A stretch of DNA of 58,796 nt, filler included, from Bipalium vagum (taxonomy: Eukaryota): assembly GCA_037834085.1 (NCBI GenBank). It is 3 parts of 3 records of this genome, joined end to end, with 100 filler letters (N's around TTAATTAATTAA, not from the genome) between each part and the next. Parts side by side here need not be neighbours in the genome. Positions count along the whole stretch, not along the records: positions 38,705 to 58,796 come from JBBMKC010260473.1; 2 more parts are not named here. The stretch is one strand, 5' to 3'. Positions 56,201-58,796 of this stretch are shown here, piece by piece; the stretch's first letter is position 1; each line of letters starts with the position of its first letter. The notes under the pieces were generated by a model. The model saw nothing but the letters and a program-made list of their open reading frames with translations, was not told where the DNA came from and made no database searches. The position numbers and the translations under genes were made by a program.

Positions 56201-57164
56201 AAGTAAGAAGTGCGCCATTTCAAGACTAAGTTGATATGAGATCCGTTTGCCACATCAATTTATTTTAAAATTTCAACTTAAATGATTTGCCATGATTAGG
56301 TCACTGTATTTAAATCTGTCAACAGGTTCTCGAGAACAAATATAAATATTATTTAATGTGTGTTGAAATTTAAAAGTATTTTCTAGAATAAATAGTGACA
56401 TCTCAAAATCCATTTGTTTGATAAAATTTGTGTGAAAATTAAGATTATTTATGTCAAAGTAAAAAATCAATAAAAATGTCTTCTCTTTTTTTGAAAGTCA
56501 ATAGACATTAATATTATTGATGAAATGTTTATGTGTCATGAATCATTTTTAATAAAAAGTATTTATTATTAAAAAGAATCAAAATAATTAAAATCCGTTA
56601 ATAAAAATACTCTTTAATATAATAATATAGTAGTAATATTGTAGTAATATAAATTAAATAAATAAATTTTATATAATATCTGGAAATCTGTTCCATGATA
56701 AAAGCTAGGAATCGTTATATTTGCTCTCATCAACAAATAAATGCAACATATCTCATCCAAAAATAACGAAAATTTTCAGTTTTAGAAAGTTCTTAAAATT
56801 TCTAGAAATGAGAACATCCTTTTCTTGATCTCACTAAAGGAAATGAGTTTATTTATCCAAACTTTTTAAATGAAATAATTGTTCAAATCTTTTCCGATAG
56901 TAATTCCGATTAACATTTCCTCGAAAATATCTCCTGAAGTCGTTAAATCTGTCTGATAATTTATACTTTTTCGAAAATGGAATAAGAGCAATCAAAAGAG
57001 TTTCACTGCAACATTTCCCTTTTAGTATTTTTGATGGTGCCAGAAATTCTTTCATAAAAAATCATTGTTTCGTAGAAAAAATAAATTTAGATAAATTACT
57101 GTCGAAATTTATTTATGATTTGTGAAGCCAATAAAAATAAAGTATGAGAAGTATAAGAAAAATG

Positions 57165-57165
57165 A

Positions 57166-57216
<51 letters not shown>

Positions 57217-57218
57217 AT
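57165..57218. repeat. (AAAT)n microsatellite
   Basis: Seen directly. Confidence 0.95.
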
Positions 57219-57399
57219 GTTTTGTTTAAAGATTACTTAAAAATGTTTATTATCTTTATTGATAATAACTAAAATATATTAAAGTTCACGGATATGAGAC
57301 TCAATTATTCAAAATCTGGTACTAGACATTATGTTAACTGATAAATGTATTATTAAAAATCTCTGAGGACTGGAAATTGTTTTATTCAAAATATGATTA

Positions 57400-57830
57400 A
57401 TGACAAGCAACACATTCCACTAAAGTAGAAATCCGTTATTCAGGAAATGGTAAAATCACCGAAGATACTCTGAGCAGCACTGTTATGACACATGTTTGTT
57501 AGCAAGTTTTTTCGGATCCTTTAAGAAAAATATGTCATGAATTGGTAAAGCTAAACAAAGATTATCCTAAAATTTTGCTTAATGAACAAGACACATCGTA
57601 TATCATGTTTCTTGTTACGGTATCTTCAAGATTGATGAAAACCAATTTTTCTATTTCATGCAATGTCAGTATCATGAAATTCTGCATCCTCAGCAGAAAG
57701 AAGGAATTAAACCTTGAATTGATACGAGAATCGCTTGAATTATAAAACAAAACAGTATATGCACCCATTTTGTGCATGTATCCCCACCATATTTATTCAT
57801 CAGATCGAATATTTCTATAAGTAGGTTTAA
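57400..57830 (-). mobile_element. Possible CACTA/EnSpm-like transposase remnant
   Basis: HKMGAYTVLFYN..SRINSRFNSFFLL followed by a DNL motif resembles animal EnSpm-type transposases. Recalled similarity only. Confidence 0.3.
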
Positions 57831-58796
57831 GAATAATCCATCATGAAAAGATAGAGTTTATTAAGAGTAATTAAAACTACTAAAATATTAGAAAAAGTTA
57901 TGTTGAAGTGTTATCCGATTTATTGAGTGAATAAATGAATTTTTAATCATTAAAATCATTACTTCTCCTTCGTGGAATGTATATCTATAGCATATGGTTA
58001 TTCCAGTTCAAAGATTCAAATGTTTGTATGAAGAAAATGATTGAAAAGAATTTAAAATATTTGTTTTAATTAGACGTACTCACAGGAAGCGTCATGGTTT
58101 CTGCAGACGGTATTGTATTCAGGTCCTGGAAAATAATTGCTTATGTGACTTCAAATGGGGAATATGTGATTGCCTGCTGAGAGTGACTGCAGAGTAGGCC
58201 TACAGTTGCGTTTAACTGATTGAATCTGATCGCATCGATAGATAATCCAGGCTGAATATTCATTTTCTAACATTTTAATCAATTATTTAATAACGAGTCT
58301 TGCAACATCTCCGCTAATTTACAATCACTGTTGACATGGAATAATATTAACAGTCAATAAGAACTGAAACATGAAAGATATCTGACGTCGGAAAAGTGGC
58401 GGCTGTCAGACTTTTCGTATCCAAAACGGTCATTGTTTTCCAAAATGTGAACCATATTTTGAAAATTTCTAGAAAAATATCACCTATTATCAGCAATTAA
58501 CATTTTAAAAAAGGTTTTAAAATAATCATTTTTAATTTGCGTTCATATTATTGATTTATCATTAACAAATTGTAAAAGTAACAAAAAATTATCAATAATT
58601 TTTTTCTAGATTTCAAAGATTTCAATCTGTACAAAATTAAAAATTTTTAAAATACTCTGAAATATATTTTGTTGAGGTTAGAAATGCTCGTGTCAATGAA
58701 TAACATTTATTATTATATAAATCACTAAAAAACTGCGTATTTTAAATGTCATTATGTATATTTGTCTTATTTATGTTATTATTATTATTATTATTA

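Noticed and set aside
57362-57380. Hammerhead-like CTGAGGA..GAAA
   Set aside because: There is no credible stem II and no flanking stems I or III. Other CTGANGA hits I checked also lacked the fold.
1-58796. Non-standard genetic code, tRNA, rRNA or spliced-leader RNA genes
   Set aside because: The conserved genes translate cleanly with the standard code. I recognised no structured RNA gene by eye, though an Infernal/tRNAscan run is needed to exclude one.

Overview
This is very AT-rich eukaryotic (metazoan) genomic DNA with 44-50 nt minimal GT-AG introns and many decayed Tc1/mariner elements. That style suggests a triclad flatworm, but this is inference only. Two 100-nt N gaps contain the artificial six-frame stop linker TTAATTAATTAA, so the window is three joined contigs. 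Three host genes could be spliced by hand: a CCDC181-like ciliary coiled-coil gene (minus strand, 17091-3956, 7 exons), a cytoplasmic dynein 1 light intermediate chain (plus strand, 22508 to 25617 or 29404) and an intronless BCCIP/Bcp1 homologue (32956-33729). The rest is mostly degenerate mariner, Tc1 and maT-like elements, MITEs, a Gypsy integrase remnant, microsatellites and a few orphan exon-like segments. I see no demonstrably new biological system. The best lead is the dynein LIC locus. It has several frame-preserving candidate cassette exons around the adaptor-binding helix, two possible C-termini, and a stop-free in-frame intron encoding a hydrophobic Cys-rich segment.
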